64,000 nt of DNA from Sphyrna mokarran (GCA_024679065.1 JAGIQG010000011.1:41478001-41542000), one strand, 5' to 3'. Shown: positions 39,241 through 53,200, counted from the stretch's first letter. Notes: generated by a model not told the origin, from the letters alone. Made by a program: numbers and translations.

Positions 39241-42200
39241 ACATGAAGAAAGCCATCTTCACGTCAATAAAGCAAATCCAAAAGCGCTTTAACGTTTACA
39301 CGGCTTGTTACATATTTTTCGAAAAGGGTTCATTTCTAAATGGGATCACAGTTTAAGCTATGATAATATCAAAGTTTCGATGCTACTTTCTGTTAGCTAA
39401 AATTATGAACTATGCAGCTGACGACATGTATAGGAACTCAATCGCAAAATGTTTTTTTCTGTAAATACATACATTCCGTTTCGTAATATCATTAAAGCGT
39501 ATATTTTGTACAATACACGTGCAAATTAACTAGCCGAATTGGCATTTGTTGAAGAAATATGTGAGCACTTAAAAACTTCAAAAAGTTTTCCAATGTTTTT
39601 ATTATGAAAACTTCTAGCACAATAATTCAACTTATTTTGTGACACCCTTAACCCCTCTTTTTAAAATTCAGTTAAGTAAGAACACCGTTCCTTCGGATTA
39701 ACTGCGTACTTGACCCCTTAGTTCGATGCTGCCTGTAAATAAATACTTTGATTCTCGGCAGACTGCCCCGTTGGAAATAAATAGTGCGTACTCGGAGTAA
39801 TTACTTCAAATAGCGGATATCCCACTCTGACTTCTAATCAAAGATTTGGGATTTTCAGATTCCCTTTTGTGTACGAAACTTTACCGTGGAGACCATTTTC
39901 TTACAAAGAGGGCTGTTCAGACATACGACTCATAAGGCAGCCTCTCCACATTCTTCGGGTGGCTAGGGCTCAGAATGATTGGAATGGATTGTATTCGTAG
40001 AAAACTGCGTTGCAATTATTTATACATTCATTTTCTATCTTCACAGATGGTACATTAAAATCAGCTTTAGGTTATTCCCCATCAACTTTCATGCACACGT
40101 ATGCGTTCATTCTTTGGCGGAACCTGTCCAATATATTCGGAATTCTGCATAAATATGTGCTCTCTCTTTTCAAAGTTCATTTATAAGTGTCAGAAGTAGG
40201 CTTACATTAACACTACAATGAAGTTACTGTGAAAATTACACCATCGGTAACTTACATTTGAAAAAAAATTACGAAGTAACTTTATATTTTACTCTGTGGC
40301 CGGTTGGATCGACGTTGCCACCAGTCCTGACGGACACACCGAGAAGCTAAGCGGAGTGTCTGATTTCTATTCTATTTTTATTTTCAGCTCGCAATGAATC
40401 GTGGATTTTAATACAGTTTCTTTCTGTACAATCAATATTTTGCACTGTGTTGGAGTCGTGGCAATTGTATCAAACTCTGGCGCCTGATGTATATTCAATG
40501 TATATGCTGAGCTCATTAAAATATTTCTTTAGAAAGATAGTCTTCGGCAAATATTTGCGCATTTTGGGTAAGGAATGTTGCATTTGCAGCTTTGGTCTCT
40601 ACAGTGGTAGTTACATTTAAAACACATCGAGCCACCTTGGGCCGGCCGGAAATGCAAGAAATTCACAGAGCAGTAAATGGATTTTTTGAAATCAAGATTT
40701 GTCTCCCCCCTCCCCTGTTTGATTAATAGGCCGCGCATGAATGTTAGATTGCGATCCGGAAAGGCATCGTTAACGAGGGATAGTGATATCAGATATCGAC
40801 TGTATTAATGTGGATTGAAGACCTTGCCAAAAGTTCGTCGAGAATCGCAGTAATATTTAAACAGGTGGATTGCATCTAAATATTTACATTTGTTTGTCTG
40901 TTGATTTTCATTGATGTAAAAAGAATATTCCTTTCACCACTTTAATAAGAGTATCAGTCTATACAATTAGGAACCTCCGGGTTACGTGGCCACACCACGC
41001 TAAGCACGAATATTTCCCATATAAAATAATATTTAATTATTACGATCTAGCAATGATTTTTTTTCCTATTTTTTTTTGCCGTGGAGCGCTAGGGGAATTT
41101 TTGGTGCTGGTCTTCTCGACCTCTGTCACCAGAGGTTTTAAGAATGGGAGGATAAAGTGTTACAAAATAATTCAAGTCTGAGCAGATTCCAAATAAAATC
41201 GGTCGCAGTCAAGATCTATATAATCAGGGTCCACGTTAGGAGCATACGAGGTATAACTACTGCCTGGAACTGTATGAACCGGAGTAACTGGGATAGTTTC
41301 AGCCTTGCAGTTTCAGTGTAGAACCGCATAGGCCTCGATTGAAAGATTTCTGATTCTAGATCCATAATATGTTCCAACTCACAGCTGCGCTGAGTTCAGC
41401 TTAAGTACAAGAAAATGTAATATTTTAACAAGCACATTTGAGACAAAATGTCATTCTATAGGTCTGGTTTTATTTTTGCTTTGTGTGGTGCGGTTCGTAT
41501 GGCCTCTCTTATAATTTTGATCTCAGAACTTGGTTTCTACACTGTCCAAGTGACTCGGTCTGATGCTCGTAAATCTAACATGACAGTCAGTGGAAGAAGT
41601 ATTGTCTTTGTCCTGTATTAACAAATCAGGCCGCTCTTACTGAACATTCGATCGAATAGTGTGGTTTCTAGAGCTGACTTTGGCGATTTGAAAATACAAG
41701 TATTTTTCCGGACCACTGCGTATTTATATCCATGAAATTTTTGCGATAGGATGGCTGGGATTTAAATATTTAGTGTTTTTCGGGGACAGATCGTGGATCA
41801 TATTCACACTGTGAAATGAAGAAATCGGTGCGTGCATCACATACCAATCATTTTTCTGTGTGTTTTCACTTTACAGCGCGTTCGCCCTTGTAATAAATCC
41901 TTGAGAAGACTATGGTCTGGAATTTCGTTTGTTTGATAACCCTGCGAAGAGCGGACTGTTTCTGGGATTCCAACGGATTATTCCCGTTAAAATCTAGATT
42001 AAATCTTTGGTGGAGTTTTTGTGTGAAGAATTGTTTATATTTGTAAACTGATGTTATGAAGATTAGAAAAAAGTGCATTTCTTAAGCGCTGAACTTTGGC
42101 GATGATCTGATTACATTCTGTAATGTATGTTCAGTTGAAAAATTGTTTTCATTAAATAAATAATATTATATTTTCATATTATTCTATTGAAATTGGAAAT

Positions 42201-42301
42201 TATATTTGAGCATTATCGGTGTAGAAGATACACTGTGAGCAAAATCGTCCAGGTTAAATGTTCCAAATAAACTGCTAGATACTGCTGTAAGTCAATTTAT
42301 T

Positions 42302-43094
42302 CACAAACATATAGGCACACACACATGTGCATACTTACACATACAGATGCATATACACATAAGGATACACATATACATACAAACGCACGTGCATACTTAC
42401 ACACATAGGCGCATATATACACATAATTTCACATACAGGCATACATACTCATACAGACACACACATATAATTACACATATAGGCACACATACACATACGT
42501 ACAGACACATACACACAATTTTACATGCAGGTACACATACATAGACACACACAGACAACTTCACGTATAGGCACACATACACAAACACATACACATACAC
42601 ACATACAGGCACGCATACAAATACAGACACACACACACATACTTACATACACAGGCACAGCTACAGGCAAACATACATGCAACAGACACATATATAAACA
42701 TACACATTCGCATACATTCACATACATGCAGGCATCCTGACATATATATATACATACAGGCAAACATGTAAGCAGATATATACACACATATACATGCAGT
42801 CAATCATATAGGCACAGATATACATACAGACAAACACTAATGCACACATGCATAAAACACACATATACACACAGGCACACATGCATACAGACGCACATAC
42901 ATACACACATGCTTATACAAAAACACACATGCAAGTACATATATACATTCAATCAAGCATACACATACATAAATGCACAAACATGCAAACACACATAAAC
43001 ATACATGTATACAGCCACACAGACATATACACATAAACATACAGAAACACAAACATATACATGTACTCAGACATGAACGTACACATATACACAT
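42302..43094. repeat. Degenerate (CA/TA)n purine-pyrimidine low-complexity tract, about 800 bp
   Basis: Continuous cacatatacacata-type sequence with recurring catacaggca units. It generates the spurious H/T- and C/V-rich ORFs. Confidence 0.9.
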
Positions 43095-45599
43095 AGTGGT
43101 GTTCTTGCTGAATATTTTAGCACCTTTAGCAAAATTATTGGCTACGTGATATTGAAGAGCATACATTAAATAGTTAGACCTTAAAAGTTGTAACTGTCAC
43201 TTAAGTGGTAAACACGCCCATCTAATTTATTTATAATAATGTTTTCTGTTCATTTTACTTTTTTTGTATGATTATATTAAATGATGCATTTCAAGAAAAA
43301 AATGAAAATCACAAATCGGTCTTTGCAAATATTTTGAAAATCTCAGAATATAGGAATCGCATAAGCCCAGATACGCAGTTTGAGTTTATTGAAACTTAAA
43401 CCTAATCAGATAGTCATCTTGATTAGTAAATCTTGCATAAGAACCATTATCTTCGCCATGAAAACATAGAAATGAGCAAGGGCAATGTTTGAGAATTAAA
43501 CGAAAACATACTATAAACACAATCGCTATCAATTGTTGCGTGAGAATTGGGGTAGACTTAAACTGCTTTCTCAGTAGGACAACCAACACTAGCTTTCCAA
43601 ACCTAATACACTTCGGATATGAATACGTTTCTGTTTGTAGATCTGGTCTAAAAAATACACAAGTAATATCGGAACAGTTACAATGTTATAAATAATAACA
43701 TGATAGAATTGCAAATGTTATGATATCTCTATATAGTAATTTAATTCTAGTAATACTTTACAATCTCATTTTAAGCAGTCCCTGTGTCACTTCGACAAAA
43801 CACCAGATGTCTGTGCGATGACTGCAGACAAATACAGATCAGCCATTTTAAAACATTTCTTCCATTTGCACATGAATTTCAAATGCTTAAAATGAATCAA
43901 CATCATCATGACCATACGCTTCACAGATAATCAAACGAATGCATTGCCATTTTTACTCATTACTAGTAAAAAAATCTAGATACTGAAAGATCGAATTCAC
44001 AGTCATGTGACAGATACGACTATTTCAAATGGATGCAATTCCAAGCACCCTTATTTCACTCTGATGCTAAGTTATAAAAATCCTAAACAAATCTCTGGGA
44101 ATATTTAATCACCGGAAATGTATACAAACAAATGCCTTGAAAAAAATGACAACAATAAACAATTATTGATGTATTAATTTCTTGCTAACAAGTGCTTATT
44201 TCTGCAGCAATTTGTAACAGCTAAATAGAAACAAGGAGAGCCGGTGTTTTTCCAGTGATCGTTATGCTTTGCATCTTGAAAGCATTTACGATGTAATTGT
44301 TTCTACCGAATTAAAAACACTCCCAGTTTGCTGAGCTTAGTATTTATATATGTAGATATATAATATGCAATCCAATTTGAGCACAACTTGTTGCAATAAA
44401 TAAATCATCACTTGGGTCGCCGACATTATTTGAAACTTCTGCTTTAAAAAAAGTTAAACTAGCAACTGAATCATGACTAGCACATTGAAACCACAGTGTG
44501 ATATTGACTGCAGGGTCATTATTACAAGAGTACCACTCATTTGTGCAAAGTTCTGTCACGTGGTGGTCAGCATTACAATGTTGGCCAAACATTACTCCTA
44601 AATTCGGATCATTTCTGTGATTACTGTACGGGATTTTTCGAATCATTAACACAAGGTGCATCATTCATCCCTACAATCAATCCTCAGCGTAAAAGTGCCC
44701 AACTAGTGCCCTCGTCCGTAAGATGCTAAATGCGGAAAAAACACACATTGGCAAAAGGGGAACCTTGACGCCAATCGCCAACAATTGATCGGATATCGCT
44801 CCCGCAAAATAGCAACAACAATTCCTATTCCTACTGGTAATAACAATAATCATTATCCCATGAGTATACTATGCAATCTGATTAATCTCTGCCTTGGATC
44901 ATATGAGCAAATGTCAGCTGCTTTTTGGTGAAGTTTTCATATCAAAGATAGACGCGATTCGCAATTCCCCGTCCTAGCGCGGAATATAAATATTTAATTC
45001 ACCTGCGCTACAGCCAGCCTTTGAATTGAAATGACCACCCGGACCCGGTTCCAATGTAACGTTCACAAATCTATCTTGTTCGTACATGTCGAACGCTCTT
45101 CGACCTCCCAAACAGTTGCTTGCAACTCGACCAACGAAACAAACGCCCTTCCCTCCTCTGTACAGCAGTGTTATCTGCAACAACAGAGCGTAAGCAAAAC
45201 ACAGCACTTACCCGGCACAGGGCGCTTCCCCAGAATAGTAACCAGCTGAATATTGTATTCCATTTCTACTTTTTCGATCAATAAAGGGACTTAAAATAAA
45301 GGAGTAAAGCGAAAACTGAAGGGTAAATGAAAGACTGTAAACAGACGTCAGAGGTCTGCGAGAGTGATCAGGTTGCTAAATCCCAGCATGGGTCGAATGA
45401 CTTCCTCATAGTTTTACAGGAAAAGGCTGAAATGCGTGAATACAGCGGAAAGTGTCCTTTTTTGCTAGCAGCTAGCGTCAAATACCAACGACAAAAGCAG
45501 GCAAGGGGAGATACTGACAGAAAAGACGATTTGAGACGAGTTAGCTGCGGAATGCAGTGAAATATTCACAAGGGAAATCATGAAAAGGCCATGAACGCT

Positions 45600-45720
45600 G
45601 TTACTAGATTCACATGATCAGTGGCAGCCAATAGGAAAAGAGTCTCCGTCGTAAAAGGTCCATTACAAAGTTGTAAATTTTCTTCAAACAAAAAGGAATT
45701 CGCAGCAATTCCTTGCGGAT
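45600..45720 (-). promoter_or_regulatory. Conserved Hox8/7-6 intergenic element (four-cluster-sequence-like orphan promoter)
   Basis: Minus strand GAAAATTTACAACTTTGTAATGGACCTTTTACGAC...ATTGGCTGCCACTGATCATGTG, recalled as similar to the element between PG7/8 and PG6 in other Hox clusters. Contains E-box-N11-CCAAT. Confidence 0.6.
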
Positions 45721-48084
45721 TTCACAAGTACAGCTCGCAAGCGCCATGTTTCCTTTAACGAGTTCTTTGCTGCAGCTATTTGTTATCGTGTGTATTGTAA
45801 CGAACGCCTTAACTAACTATATAAGCGGAAATGCTGCGACAACATAAGGAGAAACCTCTCCCAATGCAGAAGATATTCCGCAGTCCAGCAATCAAATCAC
45901 TGCTATTTGTGTGTGCGCATCTAGATGTTTGTTAGTTCATGGTTCGAATAAGTCAAAAGAGAGACATTCGATTTTTTTTTGGGGGGGAGAAAGCAAAATC
46001 AACAAATGATTAAATGTGGGTTGATCACAATCTCCAATAGCGCCAGTTATGCAGCAGAAATCCACTTTTTTTTATTGCCCTGATTTTCACAGCCCACTCG
46101 ATATGGCCAAGTGGAAATAAACCAAGTATAGCAAAACTACGGCGATTTCCTTCTTTTAAATGGCAATCAATAATAAAAGCATTTACTAATTTATGCTAAA
46201 TGTTGTATGGTATATCCTTCACAGGTGAGAGATTGAAGATTAAATATCGGTGTGCGTATACAGATAACTAATTATATGTTGCACTTCCATTCCAATCACA
46301 GGGAGTATTGTATTATATTTCTCGTGTATCCATTGTGAGTTGAAAGTGGATCTATATTAAATACAAGAACACATGCCACTGGTCACTAAGGCTTGTCTTA
46401 ACCAGATAAAATAACTCCGGCGCTGGGTTTACGCATTTAAACCATTTAAATCAGTCGGCTCTGTAATTTCTCCCTTTAGTGGCGGTGAGCGGACTCGGCA
46501 CCTAATGCCCCGTCGTGTCCAATTCACGGCGACCCCATACATTGAGAGGCGAAAAAAAAATGATGGTTAAAATTTATATTTTCCCCTTAACCGTATGCTT
46601 TTCGCTGATTTAATTCGAGTGAAAGGCTATCTATCACTCGGTTACCTCCGGTTTTGATGCTTTGATCTGATTTTACGGGGGAAAAAATCAAAAACAGCGT
46701 AACCAGATACGTGCCGGTAACTCATTTTTAATTTATGATAAGAATAAAACTAGTACAGGAGCAGCCTGCAATTGAAGGCATTCTGAATAGAACGTTCGGC
46801 CGTGGAAGTTACCCTCAGTGTGAAAAGGGAAAGACTCGGTCTGGGGTGGATGCTGTTGGAGAATCAATGGTGGAAGAATTTTTACAGAGGTTTTAAAAAA
46901 AACAAATGAAGGTTCTTGAAGAACCACATTGAATATTTTGCAATGATTCAGGGGAGATCTTTTAATACATGTTTGATTTTTTTCATCTCCATTCTTCATT
47001 AAAAATCTGAGGAAGCAACGCTGATCTCAAAATACGAATTCCACCCAATGCTTCGCTGTTCAGAGCATCATCTTTCAGGGAAAACAGGCGATTCCTCACA
47101 TGTGATAAGGCTATCAATACGGCCTAGATCTACCCTGAATGTGCGGTCATTTTGGTGGCCGCTTTTCCGGTGAACACCCGCATTTGACCGTCCGATTTGC
47201 AAATGGGAGCCGATACAAAATTAACTTTTTTTTAAAATGAGGAACATTTTGCTAACAGAGTGAATGAAACTTTAAATATACATGTTTTCTAAAAACGGAA
47301 CGTAGTTCAAAAATATTTGGAGGGGAGTGGTGAAATCATCTGGTTGTAAAGCAAGAGAGACTTATGAACACTGTTCATTTGGAACGGAGAATTCCCTTCA
47401 AATACGAAAAGGCAATTTCCAGAATAAGCATTTTTTTCCGAGTTGATTTATTCTGTGAAATTATTTACCAGTTTGGATCAGGCGCCGACTGTAATAGCCA
47501 ATGCAGTTTGCAAAATATATTTTGCCCTAAAATAGTGCGCCGAGCTTAGAATAGTAGAATTTTAGAACTGCTGCTTGCCTTGAACGAGCTAATTGCTATT
47601 CATATTCTCAAACTACCTGATAAAATGAGAATGTTGTCTTTTAGTTATCTAACATATAATTCAATTCGATTGCAAACCCAAAGCTGTATATGGGGGCAGC
47701 AGAGATGGTTGAAGTTATGGATTCTGGAACCCATCGGTTAAACGTTATCTTCTGCAAATAAACGCGCGATTTCAATTGTTTATTTAATATTTATATAATG
47801 TTTGCTTCGTTTTTCTCTCCCGCTTTTGATTGTTTCCTGTCTGTTCTTATCAATACTTTTCCTTAATTTAGGCTTGTCATGCGCGCAAAGGAAGAGACTG
47901 GAAATTTTCAATTCCTACGGTTGCGGTTTGCATGCAGCACCCCGCGCTGATTCTATGAGAGTTTCGACTTGGCCTAATCGCCGATTAAGGTAAATGTAAT
48001 GGGAAGCTGGAAGGTTCTTCGATAGCTGAAGATTTTGCTTTCGCTCCCAGCTTTTACGGCAGGGAGGAATAAAATGGAGGCCAG

Positions 48085-48255
48085 AAATCCGCAGTTTGTC
48101 CAGTGATTTGTAGTATTAGAACTTTATTGTCGGTTTTACGAGATTTGCTGATATACGTGTACAGTAGACCGCAGTTAAACACCAAACACTAACTTTTACA
48201 GCGTCGGTTTAGCCACACATGAGCCAGGCATGTGATCTGCTCAGCCAATGGTCAT
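48085..48255 (-). pseudogene. Relic HoxD7 promoter and 5' UTR (no ATG, no ORF)
   Basis: Minus strand AATCTCGTAAAACCGACAATAAAG...CTACAAATCA resembles the HoxB7/A7 5' leader. E-box-N10-CCAAT at 48229-48249. Sits directly 3' of HoxD8, where PG7 would be. Confidence 0.6.
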
Positions 48256-48872
48256 TCGGAAGACTTTTAACTTGAGGCACAGATAAACTAATATTCTAAT
48301 CATCGGCTATATCATTAACTTTTATAACTACATATAAAGAATTACGCCATCTTCAGGCTTTTGCACCCATGTAACAGAGCGGCGGTGCGGTATGGGGAGA
48401 CAAGCACCTTGTGGCCACGGAGCTAAACAAACACAAATACACGACATCTGATTTCAATGCGAGGAATACAACCTCCAAACAGTCACAGAAAGCTGGCGAG
48501 GTAGTGACTCAGTCACTCGGGCTAACTTTCTCAATCCGAACACAATGAGTTTCTACTCCTTTTGGATCTACTTTTGGAGATACTCGTCGTTAAATGAAAC
48601 AAGTAGACAATTAAATTTAATCAACATTTATTAAGTTAATCACATTCGACCATCATAAAAAGTGACTATTGCCGCGGAATACCTTGTAATTCATTTTTTT
48701 TTGCTTGTGTTTATAATATGCGTATCGGAGATAGGTAATGGTTGAGAATTTCCAGCCGCAATACACCACCAATTATTTCACACGCACAGTAATTAAGACA
48801 CATCGTAAGTGCACGGTTCTTTTTCTCTATCATTAATTGTGTTCGCAATACATTCCAAATTATCCAATCTAT

Positions 48873-48893
48873 TAGGCAGTTCATGTTGTTGGG
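48873..48893 (-). promoter_or_regulatory. miR-196 target site in the HoxD8 3' UTR
   Basis: Plus strand TAGGCAGTTCATGTTGTTGGG versus miR-196a TAGGTAGTTTCATGTTGTTGGG: one G:U pair and one bulged base. It lies upstream of an AATAAA at 48632-48627. Confidence 0.85.
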
Positions 48894-49302
48894 TATAATC
48901 ACAAAAATGCGAAATAAAATCAGCAAACTAAATCAATCACCATATCATTTTATATTTTCGTCTTATTAAAAAGCAATAAAATCTTTATTCCAAATGGCTG
49001 TTTCTTTTGAGTTTATTTTTTGCCGCTTTCCACTTTTAAAGGGAGCGGCAAAATTCTATGGGAGGGCTGATTTGTCAAGGTGTGATGGGTGGGGAGGGGG
49101 GAATGTTCAAATTATGCACACAGGATTCATTAGAAATAATGTCGAATTAAGGCTCTAAAGAACTTCGATAACAATAAACAGGTGGATTGTTTACATCGAG
49201 CCAACCATGGCTGTGTTGGAAGATTCAATCCCCTCAACACGTTTAACAGTGGAATTAGCACAAACTGAATGACGTTTCGCTTGGAGGCCAAAGGGGGTAA
49301 AG

Positions 49303-49598
49303 TTACTTGGTTTGTTTTTCTGTTGTCTCCTGCTCGGGGTCTTCCTGTTCTTTCTTCACCTCTTCCTCCTCCTCGTCGTTCCGGGAGGTGGGAAATTTGT
49401 CCTTATTGTTTTCCTTTTTCCATTTCATCCTTCTGTTCTGAAACCAAATCTTCACCTGCCTCTCAGTCAGTCCTAGGGCATGTGAAACCTCGATCCTTCG
49501 CTTCCGAGTCAGATACGGATTGAAGAGGAATTCCTTTTCCAACTCCAGGGTTTGGAAACGGCTGTAAGTTTGTCTCCCTCTGCGTCTCCCGGGCGCTG
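49303..49598 (-). CDS. hoxd8: HoxD8 exon 2 (homeobox); spliced protein 240 aa
   Basis: Acceptor TTCTTTAG|CAG at 49599/49598. [57 protein letters not shown]; the SRFQT arm is HoxD8-type. Confidence 0.95.
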
Positions 49599-49828
49599 CT
49601 AAAGAACACGAGAATCACAGAAAGACAATCAGTACGGGGGGAATCAAATGCACACAACCAAAGAGTGACACACATAGGAACAAATCTTTGCTTTGAACGG
49701 CCATGCCATACAAAGAAAGTGCTCCTATAAAAGCCGACAAGACTATTATAGACCGCATTAAAACACCTTGGCGATTTAACTGAGCAGCAGTAAAACGTGA
49801 GATGGAAGCTAATTCTAATATATCCAAC

Positions 49829-50255
49829 CTTGAGGTCTCATCCAGGGAAACATTTGAGTAGGAGACGAGTTCTGATTTAAGTGTTCTGGTTCTTCGCCAA
49901 TATTACTGCTGGACGATTTACAGTCAGGATATTGTACCAGATCGGCCTCTTGCTGTGTCGTAAAAATTTGCTGTCTTTGTAAGTTATCGTATCCGTAAAA
50001 TTTAGAGGGGTCACCGTGACACGTAATTCCACAAGGATTCTGCTGAAAGCCAGCGTTAGGAAGTGCAGATGTCCCATGGTGGTAAAAATCTTGAACTTGA
50101 GCTGGGTGCTGGAAGCCTGCGCCGGTGCTGGGACCATAGACGACAGTGTGTCTACTGGTCACGTCCTGTGGAAACCGGCAGTCGTAGTAAGTGGGACTGA
50201 GAGCTTCTCCGGGCTTGTACTTGGAGTAGAATGGATTCACAAAATATGAACTCAT
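49829..50255 (-). CDS. hoxd8: HoxD8 exon 1
   Basis: ATG at 50255 gives [14 protein letters not shown]...[11 protein letters not shown]...QMFPWMRPQ. Donor CAAG|GTTGGA at 49829/49828. Confidence 0.95.
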
Positions 50256-53200
50256 CTGTGCAGACTCTGGAATGGCCAATGAATATCAACAAAATTACTG
50301 CTAAACAGCACAGGAGGAATGTTATTTTGGGTCCCCCGGTTTACAGTGTGCTCATGATGGCAATGCAGGTCCTGTATGCACTGATGCCCCTGTGGAACAT
50401 ACTCGCTAATACTGTAGGTACACAACTGCCTCACTGCTCTGGCTGCTTCGCTTTCAGAAACCGCAGCTCAGTAGTCAGCCAGCTGGGAAGGTCGTTGTCT
50501 GCCGTTTACAGTTACCGCTTTCGCGGGCAACACGTCTCTACTGGAAAATGATTTTTTGTTTGGGGGGGGGGGTAAAAAAATGTAGAGGGCACACAGATCG
50601 GGAAAAAAAGATAACATGCGGATTAATATATTCAGCACACTCTCATTACAATTAGGCGGGCCGCATCACAGAAAACATGAAATACGTGCGCCACTCAACT
50701 GAACAGAAATGAAGCTGGCCCGGTTACAGCACAGCAATTAGATTTTAGAACACAACAAGGTGAGATTGGTTTCAAGGTCAAGACATAGTCAAAAATGAGG
50801 AGAATAAGCCAGAGGACTGAAAGGCTAAGGTTAGAATGAAGATCAGGGATTATTTTTTATTGGGTCTTTCTGTAAATCTTGTTGAATCTGCGTGGCTCTG
50901 TCAATCTGTCTGTCTATTCAGCTTATATTTACACACACACTCATACACACACACACACATATATATTTCCAACCCCATGCTTAAGTATAGTTGACGCATA
51001 GATATTTCTGTAAGTTACATGTAAACTGTTATCAATCAACAATAATTCTTGTTGGTGGGTTTAAGTGGGCGGCTGATAAATAGAAGTGGAAGCTTGTTTT
51101 TTTTAAATGCATCAGGCAACATTAAGATAATAAATATGAAATATTTCTTCTACAAATAACGCGAAAAATAGTTACCCTTGGCTCAGATTGAAAACAAAGT
51201 AGGTTCGCTTGACTGAAACTTGGAGGTTAATTGCTAGTTAATGAAAATCATGCTTGTGAATACATTTTCCATCATTTCAACTCTGGCACACGTCATTGCC
51301 CAGAAAAGCAGCTCGGGTCTCCGGGCAAACACAAAGTTTGAAGATTGAGGTTAGAAATTTAACCAAGGACTTCAACATCGGGAGGAACAGCAAGCCTGAG
51401 ATGATAGGCATGTATGTCCCCCAGTTGTTTAGCTTTTGTTGCAGATAAACTGTATCGCTGGTGGATAAAGTGAATCCCAATTTATTTGCTTCCAGCGGTT
51501 GAGTTTAAAGTTTAAACGAAAAGAGTCCTTGATCTGTTAAACTTGTATCCACCAGTGAACTTTGTCCCTCACGCTTCGGTAGTTGCCTCAGCTCCACAGC
51601 GTGTTTCAGGGAAATAAAGTCAGAAATGTCTTCACTCGCTACTTCCACTCCACCCCAATGGGCGCATTTCAAATGAGTCCAAAATGTGCTGCAGACTGCG
51701 ACGTTCCTTTTCAGTAACTTCATTTCTTTGCATGAAAGAAAATCAGTCAGCTAAAATGTCACAATTAAAAGAGGTTATTATTGTTTAACTATAAAAGTGT
51801 TCGTGAATTTTTACCTTAAAATAGAACTAATAGCTGATGATGGCTGCACGATAGAATCGAGGCTCTAATCGCATTCAGCGCTAAAATTTCCAGCAAACCA
51901 CACTTTTGCATAACGAGAACAATTTCCATCAATTAACATTGTGATTAATAGACGGCATATTAACATTGTTATGCACATATTTACGTAGCCAATTCACTAT
52001 TGAACTAAACTCCATTTCACCAAAATAGTTCGTTTAAGGAGAAATTGTAACAGCGAGAATCTCTCTCCTTCTGTAGCCGCCTTTCTTATATATATAAAGC
52101 ATTCATATCAATTACTTATTTTAAAAACCTGATCCATCCGCTTTATTATTTATCTGCTTGATTTTTTTTCTCTGCGCTTTGCTATGTGAAGCCATCAGTG
52201 AACCTCTTCTAATTGAAGGGAAACGGCGCCAGAAATCCGAAAGAACAACTTAACACTTCTTGGGGTTTATTGGCAGATTCCTCAATCATCGGCGGCAAAT
52301 AAATGTATATGGTATTTATTGCAACAAGGAGTGCGAGATACGTGACTAATATAAAACAGGGAAGCATCTATTTAAAAAAACGGCAGGCAGGCGTTTATTT
52401 TTGCCGAATTCTTAGGAACGATTTTATAAAATTAAAATTGAGCTTCGAACGCCATACTGTAGATGTAATTTAAATTTAAGTGCAGACCTTATTCATATTT
52501 TCTATTGCGAATATTTATCAATTTGCAGCTAATTTATTCCGGGGCACGGCGATGCAGCTAGCATTTAAGAAGTCAAATCAATGTGCAATTTAGTTTATTT
52601 TACTTTTCGATCTGTAACTGCCCTCAAACGCGTGAAAGATGTTTCAGAAATGATTGGAAACTATTACAACATGATCCGAAAGAAGTATTTTAAGGGGAGA
52701 TTGTAAAATTGACCGTCAATAAGATTTTGTTCAAATTGGAGACATGACTCTGATTATTGCTTTAGAGGCTGGCGCGCACAATGAAATAAACAAATGTTTA
52801 CGCCTGTTAAAGTCGATAGTTGCACAGTTTGAAAAGATTCGCTTTGCGTATTTCCATTTGTCTTAATTCTGCTGCACATCTAACATTTTAGTTTTCACCC
52901 CAGAATAGTAATTTTTTGAAAATAAAAAAAATTCCTTATTCTCGAAATCCACTGCGAATTATCTGACCCTGACTTAATGTAGAAAGATCATATTTTACAA
53001 TTTCACTAAAGGAACATCATTCGAACAAAGAATGCAAGCAAAAATTGTGGCTTTTGTCACAATTTAAGTTGCAACTGGTGTAAATTCTTATGAACAATTC
53101 TCATTCTGTTCTCACAAAGCTTTCACGATCAAAAGTCTTTACTATGCAACTATTTAACGGGAAATTTCCAAAACAAGTCATGTGGAACTTCTACCCTTTA

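Noticed and set aside
40690-41060. Possible HoxD6 promoter relic
   Set aside because: Lacks the E-box-N10-CCAAT geometry and any Hox6 leader similarity I can recognise.
42347-43166. Overlapping H/T-rich and C/V-rich ORFs
   Set aside because: Translations of the CA/TA low-complexity tract.
48499-48505. Second miR-196/let-7 seed match near HoxD8
   Set aside because: Lies downstream of the AATAAA at 48632-48627, so probably outside the mRNA.
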